Positions 24,431-37,269 of a stretch of 43,333 nt of DNA are shown one piece after another. Under the pieces are notes generated by a model. That model was not told the origin of the DNA, did not search any database, and worked only from the letters and a program-made list of their open reading frames with translations. A program made the position numbers and the translations under genes. This stretch comes from Chiloscyllium plagiosum (lineage: Eukaryota), in assembly GCF_004010195.1 (NCBI RefSeq), contig NC_057718.1, forward strand, positions 68,784,746 to 68,828,078, in the 5' to 3' direction. Positions within the stretch are counted from its first letter, which is position 1, and the number at the start of each line of letters is the position of its first letter.

Positions 24431-27048
24431 CTGTCCACTGGAAATTCTTTATTTTCTTTAGTAATTCAGTGAGAGGAGCAGCCACACAGCTAAAACTCGC
24501 TTCAAATTTTGAATAAAATCCACTCAATCCCAGGAATCATAGTACTGCTGTTTTTGTCGATGGTATGGGAAACTCCCCAATCACCTTTTGTTTTTGAATT
24601 CTGTGGGGCTATTTATCAGTATCCAATAACATTGATTAGGAAGGTGATTTGGAATTTGGCAAATTTTCTCCTTAGTCAGGTTTAACAGTTGAAGTCGATT
24701 TAACAGTTCTGATAAATGTTGTAAATGTTCCTTCCATGTGTGACTAAAAATTACCAGGTCATCAATATAAGCTACAAATTGGGTAATCTGGAAAGTACCT
24801 TATTGATTAGTCTTTGAAATGTGGCTGGCACATCCTTCATACCAAATATCATGACTTTAAATTGATGTAGTCCATTTGCATTACAAAAACCAAAATTGTC
24901 TGTCTTTGCTCTTTCGGACAAATTAACCTGCCAGTACCCTCTGAGCAAGTCCAACTAGAAATACAAGTTTCTTGTCCCACCTTTTCAATAAAGACTTTCA
25001 AATGTGGAGTCAGATATGAACCAGACTTTGATTATCACAAAGTCGATGCAATTACAAACTATCCAGATGATTGGGATAAAGGAATTCAGTTTGTTCCAAA
25101 TGCACCAAAAGAATTGGCCAAATTCAGACCATTTGAATTAGCTTTTGGGCGTGAAGAGAGGGGACTGCTAAAATTGATTAAGAAGAAATTGGTTAGTCAT
25201 AATTCAGAGTTCACACATTTGGACTGTATCAAATTTTAGGGAATGATTAAATAAACTGGGGGCATTGGCTAGACAGCATTTAAAAGTATCACAGCATGTA
25301 TTGAAACTGGAGGCAGACAAGAAATTAAAAAATCTCAATTTTGCTATCAGAGATAAAATTATTACTGCCAGTGATCGGTGACCCTTTAAAAGCAAAGTTT
25401 AGTGGACCATATCAAGGCGAAAGGTGATTGAGATTTCTTTCTGTCTGGACTCCTTACCAAATAGTTCACCTCACTCTGTCATGTGAACATGCTGAAAAGA
25501 TATTTTGACAGAGAAGGAAAGCAAAAGGAAACTGTGGTGAGTACCATCTGCTTTTGGCACCATTGGTGAGCTCCAGTCACTGTAACTCACATCAAATGTG
25601 TCACCTTGGAGCATGCATTCAATCTCCTTTTGATCCCGTACCAACTTTAAAGGCTTAAGACTAAGGATATTACTTAATCGGAACAGCATTTCCTATCTCT
25701 ACATCATGCATAATTAAGTTAGTATTTCCCAGCTTATTTCCACACGTCTCCCCATGTGATAGCAATAACTGTTTTGGGTCATTTTGATTTGCCTCTGGAA
25801 GGTAACTCAATAATTTATCCCAATTTTTGACAACTTCCTCATTGTCCAATTTTAATTCAAGGAATGTCCAATTCAGAATCCTCTGAACTTGGTTCTTCAC
25901 TCTGTGTTGTAACCAATAACAGTCTCCTTTTGATTCCCTTCCCTATACTGTTTGAGCATATTCACATGACACACTGAAATGTTTCTGTCTAGAATCCTTA
26001 TCAAATAGTTCACCTTATTCAAACTCCTTTTGACTTGATAAGGTCCATTAAACCTTGTTTTTAAAGATTCATCACTGGCAGTAACAGAAGTCCTCAACGT
26101 GGTTTTAATGTCTGATGCCACCTTTCTAGCACACCTTGCAATTTTGGATGATATGCAGTAGATTTGAATTGTTTTATTCCTAACTATCCATAACTTTCTT
26201 GAATAATTTTGAAGTTTGACCCTTGTTCTGATTGTATTTCTGTGGTAGTTCATCTCTAGTGAAAAGCTTGAGTAATTCCTCTACAATCCATTTAGCTGTG
26301 ATATTGTGTAATAGATTCACCTCTGGAATTCTGGTGGACACATCCATTATTATTAAGAAATCCTGATTCCCGTCAATGTTTTAGGTTCGGGGTCCTTTGC
26401 AATCAATTAAGACTCTTGGTATTATAGGTGCAGGTTTTATTGCTGCCTGCAGTTTTTAAATTACCTGACATGTCTGACAAAATTCACCTACATTTTCGTG
26501 CAGTCCAGGCCAGTGAAAATGTTTTTGTATTTTAGCTTGAGATTCTCTTACCCCTAAATGATATCCTACTGGTAATTCATGTGTAACCCACAACACACTG
26601 GCAATATGACTTGATGAATGTCTGCCCATTTCCTATTTGTCTGAAAGTCATAGGCTGTATTTCCTCATTAAAACATCATTTGTAAGATAGTAGCACTCAG
26701 GGATCCATCTAGATTCATTATTCCAAGTATACGTTTTGATACAATTGCTTCAAATTTTCATCTTTCCGCTGTAACTCCGTTAACTTCTCTGAGCTAAAGA
26801 TATCTACTTTGTCATCTATCTGCTTCTGGTTTGTCTCAACCGTCTGATCAAACAGGGTCTCTGCTAATTCCACTTCAACTTTCTTATCTGTAGTCTTTGA
26901 TCTCTCCTGTTTCAGCTGCTGACTTAGAGACATTGTTACCACACAGTCAAGAAACATCCCAGGACATGCTTCCTGTAATAATTCAGTGTCTGATTTTCCA
27001 CTGGCTTTTCAACCACAGTAGGCAGCACTCTAACCTGTGGACCAACTA

Positions 27049-29065
27049 CAGAGGAACCTCAATTATCCGAATATCTGATTATCCGAAGGGGATCTCAAGG
27101 TCCCGACAAAAACATACGTCAAAGAGCTGTGACAACTCTGATCGCGTCTTCTGTTTACGGGTACAGTGATTAAAACCAATCTCAGCTTGCTGAAATGCTG
27201 CCGAGAACAGTCCTGGACAGAACAGGCACCGTCTCTAAATGACTGATCTCCCACCTGCCCTCCCTGTCCTCCCTCACTTTCCCTGGAATTCTACACAAGG
27301 ATGTACCCTAAACCCCCCTCCCTCTTCCCCAGATAATCTCTCCAACATTGTCCTGTACAGGGCAGAGGTGGAACTTGTCAAAACGTTGTGTGTGTGTGTG
27401 TTCGCTCGCGCATGCTATTTGGAGGCAAGGACTGATTAGGGATAGTCAGCATGGCTTTGTGTGTGGGAAATTATGTCTCTCAAACTTGATTTGAGATTTT
27501 TCGAGCAGTAACAAAGAGGATTGATGAGGGCAGAGCGGTAGATGTGATCTATATGGACTTCAGTAAGGCGTTCGACAAGGTTCCCCATGGGAGACTGGTT
27601 AGCAAGGTTAGATCTCACTGAATACAGGGAGAACTAGCCATTTGGATACAGAACTGGCTCAAAGGTAGAAGACAGAAGGTGGTGTTGGAGGGTTGTTTTT
27701 CAGACTGGAGGCCTGTGACCAGTGGAGTGCCACAAGGATCGGTGCTGTGTCCTCTACTTTTTGTCATTTACATAAATGATTTGGATGCGAGCATAAGAGG
27801 TATGGTTAATAAGTTTGCAGATGACACCAAAATTGGAGGTGTAGTGGGCAGTGAAGAGGGTTACCTCTGATTACAACAGGATCTTGGCCAGATGTGCCAA
27901 TGGGCCGAGAAGTGGCAGATGGAGTTTAATTCAGATAAATGCGAGGTGCTGCGTTTTGGGAAAGCAAATCTTAGCAGGTCTTATAAACTTAATGGTAAGG
28001 TCCCAGGGAGTGTTGCTGAACAAAGAGACCTTGGAGTGCAGGTTCATAGCTCCTTGAAAGTGGAGTCGCAGGGAGGTAGGATAGAGAAGAAGGCATTTGG
28101 TATGCTTTCCTTTATTGGTCAGAGTATTGAGTACAGGAGTTGGGAGGTCATGTTGTGGCTGTACTTGACATTGGTTTAGGCCACTGTTGGAATATTGTGT
28201 GCAGTTCTGGTCTCCTTCCTATCAGAAAGATATTGTGAAACTTGAAAGGGTTCAGAAAAGATTTACAAGGATGTTGCCAGCATTGGAGGATGTGAGCTAT
28301 AGGGAGAGGCTGAATAGGCTGGGGCTGTTTTCCCTGGAGCGTTGGAGGCTGAGGGGTGACCTTTATAGTGGTCTACAAAATCAAGAGGGCCATGGATAGG
28401 GTAAATAGACAAAGTCTTTTCGCTGGGGTTGGGGAATTCAGAACGAGAGAGCATAGGTTTAGGGTGAGAGGGGAAAGATAAAAGGGACCTAAGGGGCAAC
28501 TTTTTCACGCAGAGGGTGGTACGTGTGTGGAATGAGCTGCCAGAGGAAGTGGTGGAGGTTGGTACAATTGCAACATTTAAGAGGCATTTGGATGGGTATA
28601 TGAATAGGAAGGGTTTGGAGGGATATGGGCCAGGTGCTGACAGGTGGAACTAGATTGGGTTGGGATATCTGGCTGGCATGGACGGGTTGGACCGAAGGGT
28701 CTGTTTAGTTGCTAGATATCTTGATGACTCTATGACTTACCCCACAAAAGCAGCAGCAGCAGCCTTATTGTCGGTGTACAGTCCTGCAGCCCCTGAGGGC
28801 TGGGTGGGGGGGGGAGTGGGGTGTGGTAGGTGTGTGGAAATGCGGGCGGTTGAGGCCAGGGGCGCAGACAGGATTCGGACTGGGTGGGGATGCGGGTTTA
28901 TAAGAATGTTGCCAGGGCTCAAAGGTCTGAGTTATAGGGAGAGGTTGGATACGCTAGGACTCTTTTCTTTACAGTGTAGGAGACTGAGGTGGGTGGGGGG
29001 GGGGGGGGGGCGGGGTCTCACACGCAGTGTGCTTTTGCCTAGTCTCCTGAACGGGGAGCAGACTT
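27049..29065. mobile_element. Tc1/mariner (pogo/Tigger-like) non-autonomous element remnant, one TIR only, interrupted by CR1
   Basis: TA|CAGAGGAACCTCAATTATCCGAA with a repeated ATTATCCGAA subterminal motif; no matching right TIR seen. Confidence 0.55.
27420..28735 (+). mobile_element. 5'-truncated CR1 LINE (RT domain to 3' tail)
   Basis: SGVPQGSVLCPLLFVIYINDL..KFADDTKIGG; very similar to 6420-7618; ends ATGACTCTATGACT. Confidence 0.9.
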
Positions 29066-29867
29066 TTTAGCCTCCACTGTGCTTTCTGTTACCCCTCCAA
29101 CAAAAGTCAGAGTTATCCTGTTTTCCTACATCTGGCTTTCCAGTGCTTTTTCTAAACCTACCAACATTGGTGATTTCACACAGCTGATTTTATTGCAGTA
29201 AAAGTACTGGAACTTTTTAAACTTCTGTTTTCCCTTTTAAGGGTTTCCTTTCTACCCTGTGGCAAGTTATGCTTATGATCCTCGAGATCTACCTTTTCCT
29301 TATGACAAGAGGATCTCTTTTCCCCAATTTCTGTCCCTCATGGATTGAAATTGATGTTGGAAGCCAAACTTTGATTTACGAATCATCTCATAATCAGCCA
29401 TTTGAGCTGCTGATCTTGCTGTTTTAACTCTCTGCTCTTTCACTTGAGTTCTCACTACTTCAGGAAGTGATTCTTTGAACTCCTCCAAAATAATCGTTTC
29501 TCGAAGAGGTTTGCTCTATTTTTAATGCTCTTCTCCACTATCAAAGTTACTTTGTTTGATCCTTTCAAACTCAGTGTAGGTTTGACCAGGGTTCCTCCTA
29601 AGATTCCTGAAAAGTTGTCTGTATGCTTCTGGTACAAGTTAATATGCACTTAATGGCTTTTTTTCACCTCCGCATAGGTGCAATTTACTCCTCTGATAGT
29701 GTTGCAAATACCTCAATAGCTCTACCTACAAGTTTTATTTGGATCAACAAAACTGAGTTGATCACTGGCTACTTCATTTGTTTAGCCACCTTTTCAAATG
29801 AGATGAAAAAGGATTCTACACCCTTCTTATCAAATTTAGGCAACGCTTGTATATATTTAAATGGATC

Positions 29868-29960
29868 TGAAAATGTGTTGCTGGAAAAGTGCAGCAACAC
29901 ATTTTCCAGCAACACATTTTCCAGCTCTGATCTCCAGCATCTGCAGTCCTCACTTTCTCC
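29868..29960. mobile_element. 93-bp Penelope family-1 mini-insertion with 16-bp TSD
   Basis: TATATTTAAATGGATC at 29852-29867 and 29961-29976; content is an inverted pLTR end plus the tail. Confidence 0.85.
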
Positions 29961-30091
29961 TATATTTAAATGGATCCCCGCCAGACGTTTGGCTACTATG
30001 GGTTTGCTCATCCTCAACCTCTTCCTCTGCAGCCTTCATCCATTCTTTTAAGTTGACTTTCCTGTCTAATTGCCAGTTTATGAAGTTCAAC

Positions 30092-30303
30092 CTTTCTTTC
30101 CTTTCTTTCCTTTCTTTCCTTTCTTTCCTTTCTTTCCTTTCTTTCCTTTCTTTCCTTTCTTTCCTTTCTTTCCTTTCTTTCCTTTCTTTCCTTTCTTTCC
30201 TTTCTTTCCTTTCTTTCCTTTCTTTCCTTTCTTTCCTTTCTTTCCTTTCTTTCCTTTCTTTCCTTTCTTTCCTTTCTTTCCTTTCTTTCCTTTCTTTCCT
30301 TTC
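30092..30303. repeat. (CTTTCTTTC)n 9-bp tandem repeat, about 23 copies, inside Gmr1 gag
   Basis: Perfect array reading (KER)n on the minus strand. Confidence 0.95.
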
Positions 30304-30816
30304 CTTTCTTTGTCTCTGTCTTTTTTTTTCTTTTTGTTCTGCTCAGGCCTTTCATTCTTTTTCTTTTCCCTCTGCTTTTAATCATAATTCAAACAGTTTC
30401 ATTTCCTTTTCTCTTCCTTTTTCTTTTGCCTCTGTCGCAAGCTGCTTCATTTTTAATTGAATTTTAGCCATCTCCAAAGATTCTGATGGCATTTCCAGCA
30501 AATTTTAAATGTTGAGCTATTGTTGTAGTTATCTCTCCTCTCCTCACTGAAGGAAGCAGCTCCAACTCCAGCTTGACTGTCAACACCAACAGCCTTTCCT
30601 TGTTCACCTTTTGTAAAGCCCCCAAAGTCATGTCTCCAAACCCCAGAAAACTCTTAATGACTGAAAGAGCCATGACTACACCAAGCACTGCTTAAACCAA
30701 CTGAATTCAACACCCGGAACAAAAGACACTAACACCTACCACTCGCTGCCTTTGAGTCCAACTACCCTAATTCGAAAACGGAACTACAGAACAAATCTTG
30801 CAAAGAGCCCCCAATC

Positions 30817-31375
30817 TATTATGGAACAGGCCAGACCAAACTGATAAGATTTCAAGAAGGTAGCCCAGAACCTAATGTTTTTCTAGTTATTTTAAGCAGA
30901 TGTCAGGTGAATATTCCAGGAGCGTTGAAGCTAGTCAAATCACTGTTTTAAACAAAATAATTTAGTTACAAATGAACAAAAGAAAATTGAATTTAAAATA
31001 ATATAACTATTCGAAAACCCAACCGACATGAAAACACAACTTAAAGCTGTTTCAATTTCCTACAATATTGGATAACACACTCCTCAGCAAAAGGGTAAAT
31101 GCTGATCCTGTCTCTCTCTGCAATCTCTCTCCTATAAGAACGTGTTTGCAAGGAACTGTTTCTTTGGGTCCCTAGCTAAAACTAACCCAAAATGAGGGAA
31201 AAAAAAAATTCTGAACTGGGAGAACTGGCCACTTCCCTTTCATGTACAAGTGTTTTTTTTATATAAAGCTTTCTCAAGTAGATACTTTCAGACATATCGG
31301 AAACTCTGCCTTTACCACCCCTCTCGAAAAAATACCATGTACAGAATAATCTTTTAAAGGAGCAGCCTCGTCACA
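30817..31375 (-). repeat. 5' LTR of the Gmr1-type element
   Basis: Direct repeat of 16974-17541; adjacent PBS. Confidence 0.85.
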
Positions 31376-32089
31376 TAGAAAATAATCTGCCTTCCTGTTT
31401 TTATTCCTGAAGTGGATTACCTCATATTTATTCACCCACTCATTCGTCCAAATCACACTGAAGCATCTCTGCACCCTCAATTTCTCCACATCTGTAGCTT
31501 TTTCTGTAACTGCAACTGTACTAGGCCTCTGCAATGTGAGGAGTGGATTTGGAGGATGTTTTATAGGGATGGGAATGGCAGTGGTCCTGGCAGCATTTCA
31601 AGGGAGTCTACAGCTTCCCTAACCATTGAAAACCGATTTGGACAAGCTCCATTCATGGAATGCACTTCTGCCAGTTCAAATTTCCAGTGTTTGCTGTGGC
31701 TGGGCATTCCCATAAAGACACAATAGGAAGGGAAAAAAAAAATGCCTGTCACCTACTAAAAGATGAATATTGAGTGGTACAAAAAAAGGCATCCTAAATA
31801 GTCTCAAAACATGTCTGGTATTGTGGAGAAAATATTTTTCAGCACAGACCTCAAAAAAAGCTAGTCATCGGTGCAAATAATAGAATCCTATCCACCTACA
31901 CAGCCATAGATTTCAATGATTTTAGCTGAAAATTAGATGATATATATTTTTGTAGTTATTCCTTTGGCAATCCCAAGAGATATTTTGCTATCACTATTCT
32001 AAATTCAATAGATTTGGAGCAAATTTAGCAGCTCTAAACTGGAAATCCACCAGCTGCTTTTGGGCTATCAGCAAAATTGTATTTCACCA

Positions 32090-33010
32090 CAAACTATAAC
32101 CTCACTGCCTGGCATATCCCTCAATCTACCATTACTATCTAACCAGGATACTAAACCAACCTTGCTTCAATGAGGAGTGCAGAAGAGGATGCTGGGGCAT
32201 TTTTAAGTATACCTAAAACTGAGGTGCCAATCTGCTGAAACTACAGAGGACTACATGCTTGTTAAGCAGTGGAAGCAGTATGCTATAGTAAAAGTAGATC
32301 AGGTCTAAGCTCTGAAGTCCTGGTGCATCATCTTTTGGATGGTGGTAAACTATTAAATAATTATCAGGAGGAAGGCATTCCCCAAATATCCCTATCATCA
32401 ACGGTAAGGGAACCAACACGAAGACAAGGCTGAAGAATTTCTAAAATTTATTGCCAGAGGTGCTGAATGGAAGATTCATCTTCAGCTTTCTCCAAATCAT
32501 AGATTTTTAATTGACACTGTGTGACATCAAGAAATTGCAGAATGCATTGGATGCAGCACAGACTGTGGGCTTGACAACATATCGAAGACTTAAAATCCAA
32601 AAGTACACCCACTCCCTCTAATGGGAGCATACAGCTATCACCAAACTCTTTTACAACAGCTATGGTACTGGTATATCTCCAAAGTTGTGGAAGATTGTCC
32701 AGGCATATCCTGCCTCCAAAATCCAGAACAAAACAAGTCTGACCAATTACTGCCTCATCAGCCTATTTTCAGTCATTATAAAGTAATTGTTGGTATCAAT
32801 TATTATGTGACTCTGCCAGAGTAGCAACTTGTTAACTGAAGCTAGATTTGAATTCCACCAGGCTGCACCGTTCCAGGCCATTTCACAGGTCTAATACAAA
32901 TGTGGACAAGGGAGCTGAACACAAGGTGAAATGTACTAACACCATATGGATTGCACTGGCTCACCAACTTCTTGAGGGCAATGAAGAATGGTATTTATGA
33001 ACCATGGATC
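32090..33010 (+). mobile_element. Highly decayed CR1/L2-group LINE ORF2 remnant
   Basis: Degenerate matches to the old LINE type at 590-2085, including a similar 3' tail near 32960. Confidence 0.5.
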
Positions 33011-33174
33011 CATAAATAAGCCCTCTAATTCCAGTTTCTTGAGCATCTCTCCTTTTATTCACTCCATTGAATGATAGCTGTACTTTCAATTGCTGAGATC
33101 CTAAGCTCTAGAGTTCTCTCTCAACTTTTGTCTGTGTTTCCTCCTAAATGACACTATTTAAAATGTGCTTCTTT

Positions 33175-33486
33175 TAGATTAGATTAGATTAGATTAGATT
33201 ACATTACAGTGTGGAAACAGGCCCTTCGGCCCAACAAGTTCACACCGACCCGCCGAAGCGTAACCCACCCATACCCCAACATTTACCCCTTACCTAACAC
33301 TACGGACAATTTAGCATGGCCAATTCACCTGACCTGCACATCTTTGGACTGTGGGAGGAAACCGGAGCACCCGGAGGAAAGCCACGCAGACACTGGGAGA
33401 ATGTGCAAACGCCTGAGGTGGGAATTGAACCCAGGTCTCTGGCGCTGTGAGGCAGCAGTGCTAACCACTGTGTCACCATGCCGCCC
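33175..33486 (-). mobile_element. Near-full-length HE1 SINE
   Basis: tRNA-like head GGGCGGCATGGTGACACAGTGGTTAGCACTG..GGTTCAATTCCC (A/B boxes), central core and (TCTAA)n tail. Confidence 0.9.
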
Positions 33487-33882
33487 ATTTGGTCATCTGT
33501 TTAGACATATGGATGAAAATGGAATAGTGTAGCTTAGAGGAGCTTCAGATTGGTTTCACAGTTCAGCACAACATCGAGGCCTAAAGGGCCTGTTCTGCAC
33601 TGTAATGGTCTATGTCTTCTATGTCTATGTTCCTGTGAAGTGCTTTTGGGTTGTTATTAAAACAATTTTATAAATGCAAATTTTTAAAAGATGTTTAGGT
33701 TAAATGCATTCAGGAGTGGGAAGATGCAGTTAGCCTACTCAATTCAACATTGTCAACATGGCAGAGACTAGAGAAGGTCCTTTTCTGGGTGTATCATGAT
33801 TTAGGGGTTAATTGAAAACAGGTAATCATTGGAGTAATACTGGACCCATGTCTATGTTGTATACAAACTAATTTTAAAAAGT

Positions 33883-34259
33883 TAAAAATCACACAACACC
33901 AGGTTATAGTCCAACAGGTTTAATTGGAAGCACACTAGCTTTCGGAGCGACGATCCTTCATCAGGTGATTGTGGAGGGCTCGATCGTAACACAGAATTTA
34001 TAGCAAAAATTTGCAGTGTGATGTAACTGAAATTATACATTGAAGAATTGATTGTCTGTTAAGCCTTTCATCTGTTAGAATACAGTGATAGTTTCACTTC
34101 TTTCATGTGTAAATCACAAAACCTTTTTTTTAAAGTTTCATTCTCGGGTTAGCTGTTAACAATGGTGATAGCTAGACAATGTGTTGAAGGTGTTAGCCCC
34201 CTGTGTTCTCTGTCTATGACCTTTGTACACCCCAGTCCAACACCGGCATCTCCGAATCA
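33883..34259 (-). mobile_element. Penelope family-2 insertion with hammerhead, inverted tail and 14-bp flanking direct repeat
   Basis: TAATTTTAAAAAGT at 33869-33882 and 34260-34273; tail TTTGTACACCCCAGTCCAACACCGGCATCTCC in the opposite orientation at ~34222-34253. Confidence 0.8.
33932..33968 (-). ncRNA. Minimal type I hammerhead ribozyme motif
   Basis: CAC-CUGAUGA-A-GGAUC-GUC-GCUCC-GAAA-GCUA-GUG: stem I CAC/GUG, stem II with one mismatch, palindromic AGCU stem III. Confidence 0.7.
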
Positions 34260-34339
34260 TAATTTTAAAAAGTCAGCATTAAAGTAAGGTGTGGGTAGAA
34301 AGGGTTCCATTTCATGGGATCCTGGTAACTGGTACAGGA

Positions 34340-34580
34340 ACCATAGAATCCTTGCAGTGTGGAAAGAGATATTTGGCCAATGAGTTTGCACTGATCCTCC
34401 AAAAGGCAACCCATCCAGACCCAGTCCCCCACCCTTTCCTCATAACCATGCATTCACCATGGTTAATCCATCTAGCCTACACATCTCTGGACATAATAGG
34501 GCATTTTAGCTTGGCTAATCCACCTAACCTGCACATCTTTGGAGTGGGAGGAAACCAGAACACTGGCAGATACCGGGGGA
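34340..34580 (-). mobile_element. Degraded HE1 SINE
   Basis: Diverged match to the HE1 3' half. Confidence 0.6.
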
Positions 34581-35373
34581 AGGATGATGCTGTACAATTT
34601 GAATGAGCTGCTCCTCAAGAGGCTGGGACCAAAGGATAACCAAGGCTTAAATAGAAGACTGTAAACTAATAATATTGGGAATGGGTTGCTGGAAATGACA
34701 AACCTGATAATAAGAGAACGAAGAGAGTAAAGAAAAGGAAGAAGGATACCTCGTATGACTGGAGATTTGATATCTTCATAGGATGATAAAGTAATATAAT
34801 TACTAAAATTGAGAGAGGAATTAGTACTTGTACACCATGTTCAGGGTATACAACACAAAATGAATAATTTTTGGGGATGATGTGGATATAGAAGGAATAA
34901 AATTAAATGTGGCAACATAGGGAATAGATTGTCGGTTAATTATTACAGAACACATTACAAAGTATGGAAAGGGGGTGAAGAAACTGTACTGGTTGAAGAT
35001 AGTCACACATAGAACAAAGAATGACAGAGATTCTGGATCAAACAAAAAAAGTACACGTGCCTTTAGTGGTGTTCTCAATGTGAACTTTAAGTTCAAAGCT
35101 GAAGCAGTGTAGACCAATCAAAAACCCATCAAAGTTGATAAGCATCAAAATCATACCCATTTTTCTGATTATTGAAAGTGGCTTGAAGATCCCTAATGTA
35201 GTTATCCAGGAGTTGGAGAATGTTATCCTCTCTATTTTAATGCGTGACTATTAAGCTAAGTCATTTGGAAGTCTGAACTCTAAGTTTGAGTTGTGAATAT
35301 TTTTTGGAGGACACTAGTCACTGGGTAATAGCCCATCAGTTTTAATGTCTATGGCAATTCTTAGTCCCAACAC

Positions 35374-35937
35374 GTCGTCCGGTTCTCCTCCTCTCCCTTT
35401 CCCTCCCCCCCCCCGTCAAAGCAAAATGCACACAGACACCGTATGGCTTTACCTCCATCTTTATTCCAGGCCCTGGAGGGAGAGAGAACAATTACCCATG
35501 TGCACAGCGACATGAGTTCACAGTCTTCTCTGGAATAGCAGTTTCATAATTAGTTATTTCATCATTTGATAGGGAGGAGCATCCAGATAAGGCAGTGTGC
35601 ATATTAATTGGGTGACCATTACATTCAGCAAGCATCAATAGTAAAGATTAAGCTACCTGCTGTTACACAATGAATATTCTTGACTGTAACTGGCTTCATA
35701 ATGAATACTTTTCACCGTGTTAAACTGACCTTACATACTGAATGCTTCCAATATTGTTAAATGGATCTGCATAATGACTGCTTTTTGACCTTGTTAACCC
35801 ATTACTCTTAACTCCAGCATCCCATTGTTAACTGCAAGTTCTTCTCTGATCTGAGTCATGCTGAGCTGTATCTCATTTCATAAAATTCGACTTAACTCTT
35901 TCTCTACCTGGTTATACCCGATACACATTCTCAAACA
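35374..35937 (-). mobile_element. Solo-LTR-like repeat (family B)
   Basis: Homologous to 23935-24430; ends CAAACA. Confidence 0.7.
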
Positions 35938-37139
35938 TAGTTCGCTCCCTTTCATATGGCCTCATTGTGTAAATCCTGTTTACATGGCTACAATAATCTG
36001 AGCCAAAGTAGGATTGATGCAGCATGTATGTTGTTTGATTGCCAACTTTTAATTCAAAAATCAATCTAGTTGTCTGACGGGATTACTATGGTCCAAATAG
36101 TGGAAGTCTAGTGGAGAAGAAGTATGTAGGAATGTTCTATTAGAAGAGCAATGGCATGGAATAATAATTGCAGAAGATTTCAATTGCCCCCAGATACATT
36201 GAGTCTATTTCTTTTTACCAAAAAAGGAATGGAGTTTTTGCACTTGGATTCAGCACTACTTTTTAACTTAGACTTGAGAAGTCTGGCAAGAAAAATCATT
36301 GCCAGATTTTGCAATAGTTCGTGAAGTAGAATAAATAGAAGAGAAGAAGAGTAACCTAATGACAGTCATCACAATATTGTAAGGTGCAAGAGTAATGGGA
36401 GCAAAGCCTATTGTAATCAATTGGAAAATAAATTTGAGGACATTAGATTTTGAACTTAGTTTCTTTGAAAATACAAGTAAACAATGGGAATTCTTTAAAG
36501 ATTAATTAATAGCAGTCAAGCGAAACTGTTTTCAACAAAAGCCATAAGCAAGGATCTAATTAAGGACTACTAATGTTTTTAAAAAATGCATTCAGGATAT
36601 GAGAGCTTTACTGGCTGGGCCAGCGTTTTATTGCATAATTGCCCTGGAGAAGGTGGCAGTGAGCTGCCTTCTTGAACTGCAGCTGTCGTTGGGAGTAGGA
36701 GTACACCCACATTGAAATAAAAACTATCAATGCAAGGTGCTCGACAATTAAAGAAGAAGACAAAGAGAAGTAGGAGGAAATTGAGAGAAAAGTTTATAAA
36801 GTCTCAAGGCTATGAGAAAACATAATTTTCAAAAATAGGAAAATAAGTGATATTTCACAAATGCATAAATGACAAATAATGTCAGTGAAGGGTAAGAAAA
36901 GTGAACACAGTGAAAGAATGGCAGAAGGAATACATAATTGCTTTGCTTCAGTTTTTACTTAGTGTCTATTCTGTTTACTTTTATTTGAGTGTGAGCATGA
37001 ATATAATATATGGGATAAAAAGAAAACAATTGACTTAGGAACTATGCTTAAGTGGATGAAATACCAGGTCTAAATCTTATGAACTCGAGGCATGACAAAA
37101 CACAGGCAGCACAAGAATGGATGTTCTCAGGACTGTTAA

Positions 37140-37266
37140 ACAGCCAACACATAAATAGAAAGCTGGCCATGCCACCAGTGCTTCATCCGGAGGCTCACTG
37201 ATGTTACATACGAAATGTCTGAAACTGACCCTTCCAGCTCAGCGAGCAAACCTACATCCAAAGACC
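37140..37266 (+). mobile_element. Penelope-like pLTR fragment (fourth family) with eroded hammerhead
   Basis: CTGATG...CGAAATGTCTGAAACTGACCCTTCCAGCTCAGCGAGCAAACCTACATCC. Confidence 0.45.
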
Positions 37267-37269
37267 AGT

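Larger units (their letters stand above)
16974..31375 (-). mobile_element. Gmr1-type Ty3/Gypsy retrotransposon (gag-[PR]-IN-RT-RH) with both LTRs and multiple nested insertions
   Basis: LTRs at 30817-31375 and 16974-17541. tRNA-Pro-type PBS TGGGGGCTC at ~30805-30813. PPT at 17542-17560. TSD CAGA/TAGA. Gag at ~30670-29100. IN (FHWPGL..CQTC, GPYQV) at ~26700-25920 precedes RT (DWSSP, DLLRGYWQV, YIDDL) at ~25700-24430 and RH (TDHSPL..RWSLLLQ..NVIADALSR) at ~17900-17700. Confidence 0.9.

Noticed and set aside
29861..30460. 199-aa, 123-aa and 103-aa ORFs (FLS/KER/FFP repeats)
   Set aside because: Artefacts of the 9-bp tandem repeat in a decayed gag.
33420..33486. tRNA-like sequence with A/B boxes
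   Set aside because: It is the tRNA-derived head of an HE1 SINE, not a tRNA gene.
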